From Pseudomonadota bacterium (GTDB taxonomy: Bacteria > Myxococcota_A > UBA9042 > GCA-2863065): a stretch of 64,000 nucleotides of DNA. The translations under genes were made by a program, and so were the position numbers. Shown here piece after piece: positions 12,886 to 22,712 of the stretch (the first letter of the stretch is position 1; each line of letters opens with the position of its first letter). The notes below the pieces were generated by a model that saw only the letters and a program-made list of their open reading frames with translations, did not search any database and had not been told where the DNA came from. Location of the stretch: the NCBI GenBank assembly GCA_947498315.1, contig CANMLD010000001.1, positions 38,781 through 102,780 on the forward strand. The letters are read 5' to 3'.

Positions 12886-13871
12886 GTGACGCCGCGACGC
12901 TCAGCCACGGCCCTTCCCTGGTGAAGAGCGCCACCCCAAGCGACCGCCTCACGATCGCCGCCAGCGGACTTTCGCGTTGGTATGGCCAGGTCATCGCGCT
13001 CAACGACGTCACCGTCGGACTTCGCTCCGGCGTGACGGGGCTGCTCGGCCCCAACGGCGCAGGCAAGACCACCTTCCTTCGCCTCGTGGTCGGCCTGGTG
13101 CGGCCGACAGGCGGCCACGTGAAGGTCCTCGGCCAGGATCCATTCACTACGGTCGAAGGCCGACGCCAGCTAGGCTACTGCCCCGAGCATGACCACTTCT
13201 ACGAGGACATGACCGGTCTCGAGTTCGTCACGCTGATGACGCGCCTCCTCGGCTTCTCTGCCGCGGACGCCAAGAAGCGGGCCACGATCGCGCTCGAGCG
13301 CGTCCGTCTCGACGGCGACGATGCACGTCGCAAGCCCCTGTCGCACTACTCGAAAGGCATGCGGCAGAAGACCAAGATCGCGCAGGCTCTCGCCCACGAG
13401 CCGGACATCATCGTGCTCGACGAGCCGCTCACCGGCGCTGATCCGGTGAGCCGTCACGAGATCAGCGAACTCACCAAAGAGCTCGGTCGGCTTGGCCACA
13501 CGGTCGTGGTTTCCAGCCACATCCTCCACGAAGTCGAGCGCGTCACGCAGAACTTCGTCCTCATCGATCACGGCCGCCTCCTCGCTGAAGGCAACGTGAC
13601 CGAGATCCGGAACCTCATCGACAAACACCCGCACCGAATTCAGATCGTGTGCGACCGCCCGCGCGATCTGGCCGCCACTCTCGCGCGCATCCCGGACATC
13701 GCCGGTCTCGACCTGCCCCCTGATGGCACCCTCACCGTGCTGACCCGGCGCCCCGACGCGTGTTATGGCGCCATCGCTCGTCTCGCGGTCGAGAGTGGCA
13801 TCACCATCCGAAAGCTGACGTCACCCGACAACAACCTCGATGCGGTCTTCCGCTACCTCACGAGGCGCTGA
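12882..13871 (+). CDS. ABC transporter ATP-binding protein
   Basis: GPNGAGKT, YSKGMRQK, VLDEPL, SSH. Confidence 0.95.
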   Translation: MSDAATLSHGPSLVKSATPSDRLTIAASGLSRWYGQVIALNDVTVGLRSGVTGLLGPNGAGKTTFLRLVVGLVRPTGGHVKVLGQDPFTTVEGRRQLGYCPEHDHFYEDMTGLEFVTLMTRLLGFSAADAKKRATIALERVRLDGDDARRKPLSHYSKGMRQKTKIAQALAHEPDIIVLDEPLTGADPVSRHEISELTKELGRLGHTVVVSSHILHEVERVTQNFVLIDHGRLLAEGNVTEIRNLIDKHPHRIQIVCDRPRDLAATLARIPDIAGLDLPPDGTLTVLTRRPDACYGAIARLAVESGITIRKLTSPDNNLDAVFRYLTRR

Positions 13872-13873
13872 CC

Positions 13874-14599
13874 GTGTTTGCGTTACTCGCCGCCCGCGTC
13901 TACGCCACGACGGTCCTCTTCCGGTCGCGCTCGGCGTGGCTTGCTATGGCCGTGCTCACCAGCGCCGCCGTCGCCATCCCCCTTGGCCAGGGCAACCCGG
14001 GCCAGGCCTTCCCGATGATCGCTCGTGAGCTCACGCTTGGCTTCCTGATGCCGCTCCTCGCGATGCTCTTCGGCACGGCGGTCATTCGCGAAGACATCGA
14101 ACGCGGCACACTCGGCTACTGGCTGACACGGCCCATCCACCGTCGCACCTACCTGCTCGCCCGCTTCGCTGTCGCGTGGGCCGCCGTCTTCGCGCTGACC
14201 GCCGTCGGGCTCGTGCTCGACGCGCTCGTCCTCGCCGCGCCGCCGTCGCAGTTCATGAGCGCACTAGCCGCCGGCGTCGGGGGCAGCCTCGCCTACACGG
14301 CGTTCTTTACGGCGCTCGGCGCCCTCGTGAAGCGCCCCTTCGTGGTGGGGGTCGTGGCGATGCTCTTCGTGGACGCGCCGGTGTCGCAGCTCCCCATGGC
14401 GGCTCGATATTTCACCATCCGCGGCCACGTCGAAAACCTCGGCGACATCTCTTGGATCCCGCCGCAGTTCATGAGCGCGCTCCTCGACGCGCCGAGCGCC
14501 ATCTACTCCGTCGCGGTCCTCGCAGGCGTCTCCGGCGCGGCGCTTGTGCTCGCGTTGCTCAAGTTTCAACAGTCGGAGTTCACAGGCGCCGAGACCTGA
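13874..14599 (+). CDS. ABC-2 type permease
   Basis: EDIERGTLGYWLTRPI motif, multiple TMs; GTG start 2 bp after the previous stop. Confidence 0.88.
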   Translation: MFALLAARVYATTVLFRSRSAWLAMAVLTSAAVAIPLGQGNPGQAFPMIARELTLGFLMPLLAMLFGTAVIREDIERGTLGYWLTRPIHRRTYLLARFAVAWAAVFALTAVGLVLDALVLAAPPSQFMSALAAGVGGSLAYTAFFTALGALVKRPFVVGVVAMLFVDAPVSQLPMAARYFTIRGHVENLGDISWIPPQFMSALLDAPSAIYSVAVLAGVSGAALVLALLKFQQSEFTGAET

Positions 14600-14684
14600 T
14601 CGTCGTCACGAGCCCGCGCGATCTGGCCGAACGCCTGCGAAATCAGAGTCTTCTCGGTGGTGCGCCCAACTTGCTCTCCTAGAA

Positions 14685-15239
14685 ATGTGTCTGCATGGAC
14701 TCGCGGCGCGCAGGTCACCGCCAGCCGCAATCACTGCAGCCCGTGCCAAGCGAACACCCGCCGCCGTTTCTCGGGATGGTCAGGCCGCGTTGCACTCCAT
14801 TGCATCGCTGCCCGACGCCGTGTTGCCTGACACGGCCGAAGCGCTCGTGTTCTCCGGCACCCCGTTTGACGTTGTCACTGAGCTCCGCGATGCGTCGCTC
14901 CTCATCCGAGATGGACATCGCCTGCTGAAGATCTTGGTCGACGCGCCTACGTCCATCCCCTCGAGACCACTTAGTGAAGATGCGCTGGTATCCGCGCTCT
15001 GGCTAGGCGAGAAGATGTCGCCGGCCGCCGCCACGAACCGCTTGCACAACGCGCTCTCATTACTCCAAAAGTCCGGCCTGAAGGACCGCATCGTCTTCAC
15101 CACCGACGGCTATCTTCTCGAGCCCAGCGGCTACTTCCACGTGCTCCCTCCAGCTTCGCAAGTGCTCGCGCGACGGCGCGCGGTCCTGTTTCGAGACGGG
15201 GCGGCTACACCTGCTCAGGGCCTGGCCGACGGCCAGTGA
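14685..15239 (+). pseudogene. Probable C-terminal remnant of a regulator with a winged-helix DNA-binding domain
   Basis: LVSALWLGEKMSPAAATNRLHNALSLLQKSGL...DGYLL resembles the C-terminal wHTH of myxobacterial TPR/ATPase regulators; there is no convincing N-terminus. Confidence 0.45.
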
Positions 15240-15336
15240 GCGAGTTGAGACCGCCGCGCCCGCGGCCAGTTCCAAGTCCTACGGCAGGCTCTGCACCTTC
15301 CCCCCAAGGCCGGCTCTCCAGGTGTTTCTTTATGAA

Positions 15337-15388
15337 TGAACGTTTTGGACGTTTTGTCCTGGACAAGGGCCCGAGCGCGGGCTAAGAT
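15337..15388 (+). promoter_or_regulatory. Sigma70-like promoter with an overlapping operator-like palindrome and repeats
   Basis: TGGACA(15360)-N17-TAAGAT(15383); palindrome TTGTCC-T-GGACAA (15354-15366); TGAACGTTTT/TGGACGTTTT repeats in an AT-rich patch. Confidence 0.55.
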
Positions 15389-15432
15389 TCCGGCGTCCGA
15401 AGTGCAAAAACAAAAATACTATGGAGCATCAG

Positions 15433-15912
15433 ATGAAAATCGTTCTTATGACCGTCGCTATGGCCTTCATCTCTTCCGTTGGCTTCGCAGCAGACAAGCC
15501 CAAGACCATCGTGGACGTCGCGGTCGAGGCAGGCAGCTTCGGGACGCTCGTCACCGCTGTGAAAGCTGCCGGGCTCGTAGAGACCTTGAGCGGGCCTGGC
15601 CCCTTCACGGTGTTCGCGCCCACTGATGCTGCGTTCGCGAAGATTCCGAAGGCGACTCTGGACGCGCTTCTAGCCGACAAGGCGAAGCTGACGGCGGTGC
15701 TGACGTATCACGTGGTCGCGGGGAAGGTCCTCGCAGCCGACGTCGTGAAGCTCAAGAGCGCTAAGACGGTCGCTGGGGCAGACGTCACGATCTCAGCGGG
15801 TGCAGACGTGGTCCTCAACGGCACGTCGAAGGTCACGAAGACCGACATTGCGGCGTCCAACGGCGTGATTCACGTCATCGACACCGTCCTGATGCCGCCG
15901 GCCGCTAAGTAG
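15433..15912 (+). CDS. Fasciclin (FAS1) domain protein, secreted
   Basis: Signal peptide; [32 protein letters not shown]. Confidence 0.95.
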   Translation: MKIVLMTVAMAFISSVGFAADKPKTIVDVAVEAGSFGTLVTAVKAAGLVETLSGPGPFTVFAPTDAAFAKIPKATLDALLADKAKLTAVLTYHVVAGKVLAADVVKLKSAKTVAGADVTISAGADVVLNGTSKVTKTDIAASNGVIHVIDTVLMPPAAK

Positions 15913-15950
15913 GTAGACGCGAGAGCACCCGAGGGGTAGGAGTCGCATCC

Positions 15951-16802
15951 ATGTGTGAGCTTGCCCCTCAGCATCTCAGTACCGTCGCCGTCGCCGCCGC
16001 CATGGGCGTGGGCGAGTCGTCGGTGAAACGATGGGTCGACATGGGCGTCTTGTCTGCAACCAAGACGCCCGGCGGCCATCGTCGCATCTCCGTTGGTGAT
16101 CTCTACCGCTTCCTCGTGTCTACCGGCAAAACGCTGGCCGACCCGAGTGCCGTGGGGTTGTCGAACGAGTTGGGTGCCAGCATCTCGACTTACAGAGCGG
16201 CCTGTCGGGACGCTCTTGCTCTGGGCGACCCTCGGGCGCTGGAGAGCGCTATCCATATAATGCGCCTCTCGGGCATGACGGGTACGTCAGTCACCGAAGA
16301 CGTTCTCTATCCCGCATTTGGAGACGTCCGCTCCTCCTGCTCGCACCCGAGCGAGGAATGTCGGATTCTTCATCGCGCCCTCTTACTCATCCAACACGCG
16401 ATGCCTGCAGCGCTTTTCCCAGGCAACCGGACACCCCCGAATGGATGCCTACGCGTGGTGTATGCGGACATTGGCTATGAAGTCGACGCAGCACCAACAT
16501 TCTTCGCCGAGGCGAGCTTGTGGGACGTGGCTGAGGGGCTCCAGCTCGGCGTGGGTGTCCCCCGATTGGTCATCGAAGGCGCACTCGAGCCCTTCAGGGC
16601 GGACACGTTATGGCTCTCCGCGTCCGGACCGCGCGGCCGTTCCGATCTCGAAGCCGACTGGTCGTCCATTGCCACACGCGCCGCAGCGCTGAATGTCAAG
16701 GTCTACGCCTTCGGGAACCTTGCCGAGCGACTTACGTCGGGGGGACAGGTGCTTGTTACGAGCTTCAGTGATTTCCGAGCGCGGACTCTCAGCGCCCTCT
16801 AG
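15951..16802 (+). CDS. MerR/excisionase-type HTH regulator with a degenerate cobalamin-binding domain (CarH/CarA/LitR-like)
   Basis: GVGESSVKRWVDMG...KTPGGHRRI HTH, then helical-bundle and Rossmann-like regions; canonical Wx9EH and ExHxxG motifs are altered. Confidence 0.75.
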   Translation: MCELAPQHLSTVAVAAAMGVGESSVKRWVDMGVLSATKTPGGHRRISVGDLYRFLVSTGKTLADPSAVGLSNELGASISTYRAACRDALALGDPRALESAIHIMRLSGMTGTSVTEDVLYPAFGDVRSSCSHPSEECRILHRALLLIQHAMPAALFPGNRTPPNGCLRVVYADIGYEVDAAPTFFAEASLWDVAEGLQLGVGVPRLVIEGALEPFRADTLWLSASGPRGRSDLEADWSSIATRAAALNVKVYAFGNLAERLTSGGQVLVTSFSDFRARTLSAL

Positions 16803-16912
16803 CAGCACCGCAATTCATCCCAGCGGCCCCTGACTTCCAGTGGCTGGACACGCCAGTGGTCGTCGGCCTCTCAGCTCCGCAGCCTAACCTCCTGAAACGA
16901 AAAGAAAACGCG

Positions 16913-19900
16913 TTACCGATTGTTCGGGCGGCGCATCCGGCGCCGGCGCCAAAGTATGGCGGTCAAGGCCAGCATCGCGACCAGCAGCCCACCGTGGTTT
17001 CGGTGAGTAGAGCCCGACGCACAACCGCCGTCGCCCGTCGTGAACCCTGGGCGGACGTCGCCGGCACCGACGTCATCGCTTTGGGCGTCATCCGCCCTGA
17101 CGACGCTGGCAGCGTCTTCGGTGGTCATGGTGTCGCCGGCAACAGAGGCGTCTTCCACGACGCTCTGTGCGTCGAGCCCCGTGGCGTCGGGGATGTGGTT
17201 GGCGTCGCCGTCGCCTTCGAGGTCGTCGCTCGTCTCAACCGGTTCCGGTGCGTCCATAGGGGTGGCGGCGTCCCCATCGACGTCGATCTCGCTGACGGTG
17301 TCGCCCGGATCGTCGCCGGTCGCGACGTCTTCCACTGGATCGCCATCGTCGGTGTCGCCTGCTCCCACGCCCCCCGCGCCCACGTCCCCTGTCTCAGCGT
17401 CCCCTGTCTCAGCGTCCCCTGTCTCAGCGTCCCCTGTCTCCACGTCGCCGCTCAGGTCGTCCACCCACGGCGGCGCGAGCGGGTCGAAGACCCGAACGGG
17501 GACCGACATCTCAAAGGCCCCGGGGGCGGCGGACGCGGTGATGGCCCCGTCGCCCGGCAGCGCCGACGGGGTCCAGGTGGCGAGCCACACGCCGACGCCC
17601 GCATACCGCAGCTCCTCGATGCCGCCGATAGACGTCGTAATCGCCATGGGCACTGCGCTGCCGACCACGCGCCCGTTCGGTAGGCGCGGCGTAAAGCGCA
17701 CCTCCGCCTCGGCCGTCGACGCCATCGGCAGTTTGTCTGGGAGCACGGTGAAGGTCGAGAGCGCTGCCGACAGCGCCGTGGGTGGGGCCGGGGCCGGCAA
17801 TACCTCGACTTCGCAGACGACGCCGAGGTCCACGCCATTGAGGAGCACTCGGTGTTGGGCGAGCCCAGGCTCGGTTCCAGTGCGGACCACGATCTGATGG
17901 CGGTCGTCGGCAGACCACTTCTCTGGAGAGTCGACCGACGCCCCCAGCGCTGGCACGAGGCTGGGCGGTGGGCCGTCGGTCGGGATGGGGTTTCCATAGT
18001 GATCACGGAGAAATACGAGCGCGGTTAGCGTGTCGACACCGTCGGCGTACGCCGTCGCCATACTCACGCCACATTCCGAGAGTGAGGCGCTGATCTCAGC
18101 GGGGAGCTCGTCCGCCGATGCGAGCACGGTGAGCGGTTGCGCGGGGCCGAGCGCTTGCCCATCGATGCGAAGCTGCATGATGGCCCCGGGCGCGATGGCC
18201 GAGAGCGGGAACGATGCGAGTGCCTGACCGCCGTTCGTGTTCAAGGTGAGCTTGTCGACGGGGACGCCGTCCACGTCGAGGGTATAGGTGAGGCTCCCCA
18301 TCACGGGCGCGGCGCCATTGACGTCCCGGAGGAGCACCACCGCGTTCATCGACTTGGCCTCGGTCGACGGGAGCTGGAGGCGACCCCCCATACGGCTCCG
18401 AGAGAAGGCGGGGTCGAAGGGGGCCGCGACGGGCCGCACCCAAGAGGCGAGCGGCGCCACAGGGGCGTCCGCAGCCGCCACCGCCAAGGTCACAGTCCCT
18501 GTGGCGCTCGGCAGGTACTCGGCCGTCAGCTCGCCCTCGTCCAGGCCGGTGGACAGCGTCGCGCCGTCCGCCGTGAGCACGAACGACTCTGGTGCCTGGC
18601 CCTCCGGGACCCGGACCCGGAGCTGTACCCCCTTGCCGGCCACTAGGTGCTGCGGCTGGGTCCAGAGCGAATGGGAGGGCGCCGTCGTCGTGATCGCGAC
18701 CGGCCAAGGCAGCCCCGCGATAGTGAGCACGAGGCGCGTCGAGTCTGGGGCCGTCGTGGTCCACTCAGCGCCCGTCCAGGTCGTGGGCACGTCGGTGCCG
18801 TGATCCGCGCGAGAGAGCGTCAGGCCGGCGTTCACGAGCTGCCCAGCCGCGTCGCGTGGCGTCAGCGTCATGGACCCGTCGCTCGTCGCCACGATCCAGT
18901 CCGGCTCAGTGAGCGTCGTGCTCGCGCCCATCACCGCGTCGTGGAGGGTCGTCGTGCCGGAAGGCCAACGGGCCCGCAGGCCGACGGCGGCGCCGGCAGG
19001 GCACCCCGGGATGGACACATGGAGATCGAGGGCCGGCCGGCTCGCCAAGGGCCCGCCGCCAGGTTTGTGAAAACGCCGCGACTCGCCGTTGCAGGTGGCG
19101 GTGAGCAAGAGACCGCTGGCCGAAGGGCCGGTCTCCGTTGCACGCGCCCTTACCCGGAGGGGCACGGCCCCGCTGTCCCGTCGCATGACGGAGAGCCGTC
19201 CGTCGGCGTGGGCGATGACGAGCTCGGGGCGGCCGTCGCCGTCGAGGTCGCCGATGGTCGCGCCCCGGGCGAAGTTGTTCGGCGTGAGGGGGAAGACCAC
19301 GTCTGGTGGGTCGAGTGCGAAGGAGCCGTCTGGCTGGGCGGCGAGCAGCACGTGAGGCATCACTTTGGCGTTCTTGATGAAGGACGCCGCCGCGATATAG
19401 CCGCCGGAGAAGAAGAGGTCGTCGCGTCCGTCGGCGTTCAGGTCGGTGAAGAGGGGCGTCCACGTCACCTGGTAGCCTTCGGGGCTCCAGACGACGGCGG
19501 CACCGAGGCCCTCCGTCACGTCGTCGTAGTGGCCGCCCACGGAGCGGGCTCGAAGGGAAGGTCGACCGATGCTCGACATGGCGAAAGCAGGGCGCTCTTC
19601 GCTCTCGCCGAGGTCGGTGACCGCGATCCCCATGCCGTAGAGCCGGTCGGCGAGGCCGAGCTCGGCGCCCCGTTCGCTGAAGCGAAGCTGTCCATCCGCG
19701 TCCGGGCCATCGTTGCTGTAGTACGCGTTTCGGGGCGAGAACTGGCCGAAGTCATTGACCTCGATGAGGTCGAGATCGAGGTCGCCGTCGACGTCCAGCA
19801 TCATCACGGCGAGCGTGCATCCTCGCCCAGTAACGCCCGCAACCGCGGCGACGTCGGTGAAGCGCCCCTGGCCGTCGTTCAAGAGGAGCGCGTTCGGCGA

Positions 19901-20434
19901 GCCAAAGTGGGCCGGGAACTGCTGTCCGCTGATGTAGTTGCCGACGTACACGTCATCGTCGCCGTCGCCGTCGATGTCGCCGACCGCGGCGCTCACGCCC
20001 CACCAGCCTTCGTGAGGCAGGTGGGTGGCGCTGACGTCTGTTAGCGTTCCGCCGTCGTTACGGAAGAGCACGTCAGGCCCGTCGCGGAGTAGGAGCACGT
20101 CGTCGTCGCCGTCCCGGTCCATGTCGAAGGCGGTGATGCCGCCGGTCTCCTCTTTTCCGACTTGCACCGCGAGCAGGCTGTCGTCCTTGATCCAGCCGGC
20201 CTCGGTCTGCCGCCAGACCCGCGGCAGCCCCCCCGTCGGGGCGTGGCCGAGGTCGAGATCGCCATCGCCGTCGAGGTCCAAGAGCGCGACGCCGGTGCCG
20301 ACCCCGCTGCCGAGCGCGCCGACCTCGCCGGCGATGCCGAGAGTCGGCGCGACGTCGGTCCAAACGACTGGCGCGGCCGCAGCGTCCAATCCGAGGAGCG
20401 AGAGCGCGGCGAAGGTGGAGACCAATCGGTTCAT
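16913..20434 (-). CDS. CRTAC1/ASPIC-UnbV FG-GAP repeat protein with Ig-like domains and a C-terminal MYXO-CTERM
   Basis: Signal peptide MNRLVSTFAALSLL; DLDGDGDLD repeats; tail GDGGCASG...GGLLVAMLALTAILWRRRR. Confidence 0.85.
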   Translation of the reverse strand: MNRLVSTFAALSLLGLDAAAAPVVWTDVAPTLGIAGEVGALGSGVGTGVALLDLDGDGDLDLGHAPTGGLPRVWRQTEAGWIKDDSLLAVQVGKEETGGITAFDMDRDGDDDVLLLRDGPDVLFRNDGGTLTDVSATHLPHEGWWGVSAAVGDIDGDGDDDVYVGNYISGQQFPAHFGSPNALLLNDGQGRFTDVAAVAGVTGRGCTLAVMMLDVDGDLDLDLIEVNDFGQFSPRNAYYSNDGPDADGQLRFSERGAELGLADRLYGMGIAVTDLGESEERPAFAMSSIGRPSLRARSVGGHYDDVTEGLGAAVVWSPEGYQVTWTPLFTDLNADGRDDLFFSGGYIAAASFIKNAKVMPHVLLAAQPDGSFALDPPDVVFPLTPNNFARGATIGDLDGDGRPELVIAHADGRLSVMRRDSGAVPLRVRARATETGPSASGLLLTATCNGESRRFHKPGGGPLASRPALDLHVSIPGCPAGAAVGLRARWPSGTTTLHDAVMGASTTLTEPDWIVATSDGSMTLTPRDAAGQLVNAGLTLSRADHGTDVPTTWTGAEWTTTAPDSTRLVLTIAGLPWPVAITTTAPSHSLWTQPQHLVAGKGVQLRVRVPEGQAPESFVLTADGATLSTGLDEGELTAEYLPSATGTVTLAVAAADAPVAPLASWVRPVAAPFDPAFSRSRMGGRLQLPSTEAKSMNAVVLLRDVNGAAPVMGSLTYTLDVDGVPVDKLTLNTNGGQALASFPLSAIAPGAIMQLRIDGQALGPAQPLTVLASADELPAEISASLSECGVSMATAYADGVDTLTALVFLRDHYGNPIPTDGPPPSLVPALGASVDSPEKWSADDRHQIVVRTGTEPGLAQHRVLLNGVDLGVVCEVEVLPAPAPPTALSAALSTFTVLPDKLPMASTAEAEVRFTPRLPNGRVVGSAVPMAITTSIGGIEELRYAGVGVWLATWTPSALPGDGAITASAAPGAFEMSVPVRVFDPLAPPWVDDLSGDVETGDAETGDAETGDAETGDVGAGGVGAGDTDDGDPVEDVATGDDPGDTVSEIDVDGDAATPMDAPEPVETSDDLEGDGDANHIPDATGLDAQSVVEDASVAGDTMTTEDAASVVRADDAQSDDVGAGDVRPGFTTGDGGCASGSTHRNHGGLLVAMLALTAILWRRRRMRRPNNR
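17383..17440 (-). repeat. 15-bp coding tandem repeat, about 4 copies (ETGDA)
   Basis: CGTCCCCTGTCTCAG repeated on the + strand. Confidence 0.9.
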
Positions 20435-20497
20435 CTCTCGGCAGCATAGACCTGCTTGGCCTCGGAGATCTTGCGGATCGCCACCACTCGGGGCGTC

Positions 20498-21169
20498 ATG
20501 GCGTCGCAAAGGCGCGTATTTGACCCTGGAGGACCTCTGCGACGACGCATCCCGACCTGGCTGAGCGCCGTGACGTGGGTCACTTTCGGCTTCTTTGTCT
20601 TGCTCAACGCCTACTACCGGCTGGGCGCCGGCGGCGTCTCGGTCAGCGGCGCCGACGTCTCGTTCGAGCGCCGCTTCGACGTGGAGCTCTTCGACGCCAA
20701 AGACGGCCTCGCGTTCCTGCTCACCAAGTCTGGTTCCGTCTCTCTCGTGAAGATCGAGCGCGGCGCCTTCCCGTTCTGTCCACTTTGCGGCGAGTGGGAG
20801 CCCGCCGGCTCCGTCGTCAACGTCGTCGGCTACAGCAAAGGGGCCTGGATCTACAGCGACCACGCCAGCCCCTTCTTCGAAGCCTGGAACCTCGAGACCG
20901 GCGAGTCGGTCGACCTCGACGCGTCTCTCGGACCGCTACGTGATCACCTGCCGATCGAGCTCGAAGCCGTCGGGCTCGACTACGACGCGGAGCATCGGCT
21001 CACCGACCAGCTCGTCGCGCGAGACTACCCCGCGCTGTCGCCCATCAACGAGAGCTGCGTGGTGTTCAACATGGCGTTCTTCTTGATCTTCGTGGTGCTG
21101 CTGACGATCGCCGTCACCTTCTTGCTGCGGCGGCCTGCTTCGGGCGAGGCCGGCCCCTACTCGGCCTGA
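20498..21169 (+). CDS. Hypothetical membrane protein (2 TMs)
   Basis: N- and C-terminal hydrophobic helices, CPLC motif, GC3-rich codons. Confidence 0.7.
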   Translation: MASQRRVFDPGGPLRRRIPTWLSAVTWVTFGFFVLLNAYYRLGAGGVSVSGADVSFERRFDVELFDAKDGLAFLLTKSGSVSLVKIERGAFPFCPLCGEWEPAGSVVNVVGYSKGAWIYSDHASPFFEAWNLETGESVDLDASLGPLRDHLPIELEAVGLDYDAEHRLTDQLVARDYPALSPINESCVVFNMAFFLIFVVLLTIAVTFLLRRPASGEAGPYSA

Positions 21170-21480
21170 GTGGTCTGTGCGAGCACCCACTGCAGGTAGG
21201 GGTCGTGTGCGTGCGTCACTGGCATGCCGATGATCTCCGGCACGTCGTAGGGGTGAATGGAGGCGATGTGTGAGGTCAGCTCTTCCAAACGCTCTTCGGT
21301 GGTCTTCATGACCAACATCGCTTCGGCGTCAGAGCAGATTCGCCCATCCCACCGGTAGACCGACTGCACCTCGGGGAGGATGTTCACGCAGGCGACGAGG
21401 CGGGCTTCAACGAGCGCGTTTGCCAGCTCGGAGGCGACCGCGGTCGGACAGGTGCAGTAGACGACGACGATCCCGGTCAC
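21157..21480 (-). CDS. cutA: Divalent-cation tolerance protein CutA
   Basis: LVACVNILP...SVYRWDG...HPYDVPEII. Confidence 0.95.
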   Translation of the reverse strand: MTGIVVVYCTCPTAVASELANALVEARLVACVNILPEVQSVYRWDGRICSDAEAMLVMKTTEERLEELTSHIASIHPYDVPEIIGMPVTHAHDPYLQWVLAQTTQAE

Positions 21481-21929
21481 TTCTTGAAGAGCGCGTCGAG
21501 GCGAGCCTTGGCGTCGGTCTCGGTCTTGGGTGAGCCGGTGAAATCGAGCGTCGGCTTCGCTGCGGTGGCGGCGGGCGCGCTCCCGAAGAGGGCTTCGAGC
21601 TTCTTCTTGGCGTCGTCGGATGGCGAGGACGTGCCCGCCATGGGGCGGAACTCGAAGTAGACACAGAAGTTCCCCTCAGACCGGTCGCGGATGAACTCGC
21701 CCTGGTTCTCGAGGCACTCGTTGTGCACGTTCTTGTCGTGGTGCTTGCAGTTGAAGCAACTGTGCAGGTAGGCGCTGCAGTTCGGGCACATGTCGCGGCG
21801 CCCGACTTTGACCTCGAGGACCAGCTCTTCGCCACACTTGTAACAGGCATGCCGTTTGGCTTCGGTCTTGGCGTAGTACACGGCGTCTCGAGGCTCCCTG
21901 CGGTGCGGTGTTCGGGCGTGACCGCCCAT
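21477..21929 (-). CDS. Conserved hypothetical Cys-rich (Zn-ribbon-like) protein; start uncertain
   Basis: CYKC...CPNC...LHSCFNC...NFCVYF; stop overlaps the cutA start. Confidence 0.75.
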   Translation of the reverse strand: MGGHARTPHRREPRDAVYYAKTEAKRHACYKCGEELVLEVKVGRRDMCPNCSAYLHSCFNCKHHDKNVHNECLENQGEFIRDRSEGNFCVYFEFRPMAGTSSPSDDAKKKLEALFGSAPAATAAKPTLDFTGSPKTETDAKARLDALFKK

Positions 21930-22039
21930 CCCGGACGCTAGCGCGACACGAGGCCTCGCAGCTTAGCCGGGCCGCGCGGCATGGACAAGCACGACGATTC
22001 TGCGTGACGCACGCCCCATGGTTCGCGTTAGAAGGCCGC

Positions 22040-22657
22040 ATGCTCGACCCGGACTATCAGCGCCCCATCCGCTCCCGTTACTTCGACGCCCTCGAGCTCG
22101 TGTGGCTGTCCACCGCGCGTCGGCTGGGGCTGACGCTGCGCCGCGATCCCAGCATCTTCAGCCGCACCGATGGCTCCGGCCTCCTCTGGCTCGGTCCCCG
22201 CGCCGACCTCGACCCGGATGACACGCTGTGCCAGATGCTCCTTCACGAGCTCTGTCACTGGATCACCAATGGGATCGAGACTTTCCACGAGCAGGACTGG
22301 GGCTTCCCGCTCATGGACGGCGACGACCCGCGCGAGTTCGCGTCGTTGCGACTCCAGGCCTGGCTCGCCGACCTGCACGGGCTCCGCGGCATGCTCGGCC
22401 CCACGGGAAAGTACCGCGAGTACTTCGATCGCATCCCTGTCGATCCGCTCGCCCCCCTCGACGACTCTCCGGAGGAGGCGCACATCGTGACGGTCGCCAT
22501 CGAGGCCATCGAACGAAGCCAGGGCGCGCCTTTTCAGCCCGCACTCGGGGCGGCGCTCAAGGCGACCGCGGCGCTTCGCGACCTGCTATTGCCCTTCGAG
22601 GTCGATCACCTCGCCGATGATGAGGAGGAGGGGTTACCGAGTCTTTGGACGCGTTGA
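22040..22657 (+). CDS. Hypothetical HExxH protein (resembles the EpmC/YfcM-like motif)
   Basis: LLHELCHWITNG...DWGF. Confidence 0.65.
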   Translation: MLDPDYQRPIRSRYFDALELVWLSTARRLGLTLRRDPSIFSRTDGSGLLWLGPRADLDPDDTLCQMLLHELCHWITNGIETFHEQDWGFPLMDGDDPREFASLRLQAWLADLHGLRGMLGPTGKYREYFDRIPVDPLAPLDDSPEEAHIVTVAIEAIERSQGAPFQPALGAALKATAALRDLLLPFEVDHLADDEEEGLPSLWTR

Positions 22658-22712
22658 GGCCAGCAGAGGTGGCGCTTGCCCCCGCTTCGCCCGACTGGCA
22701 CCATTTCAGCCC

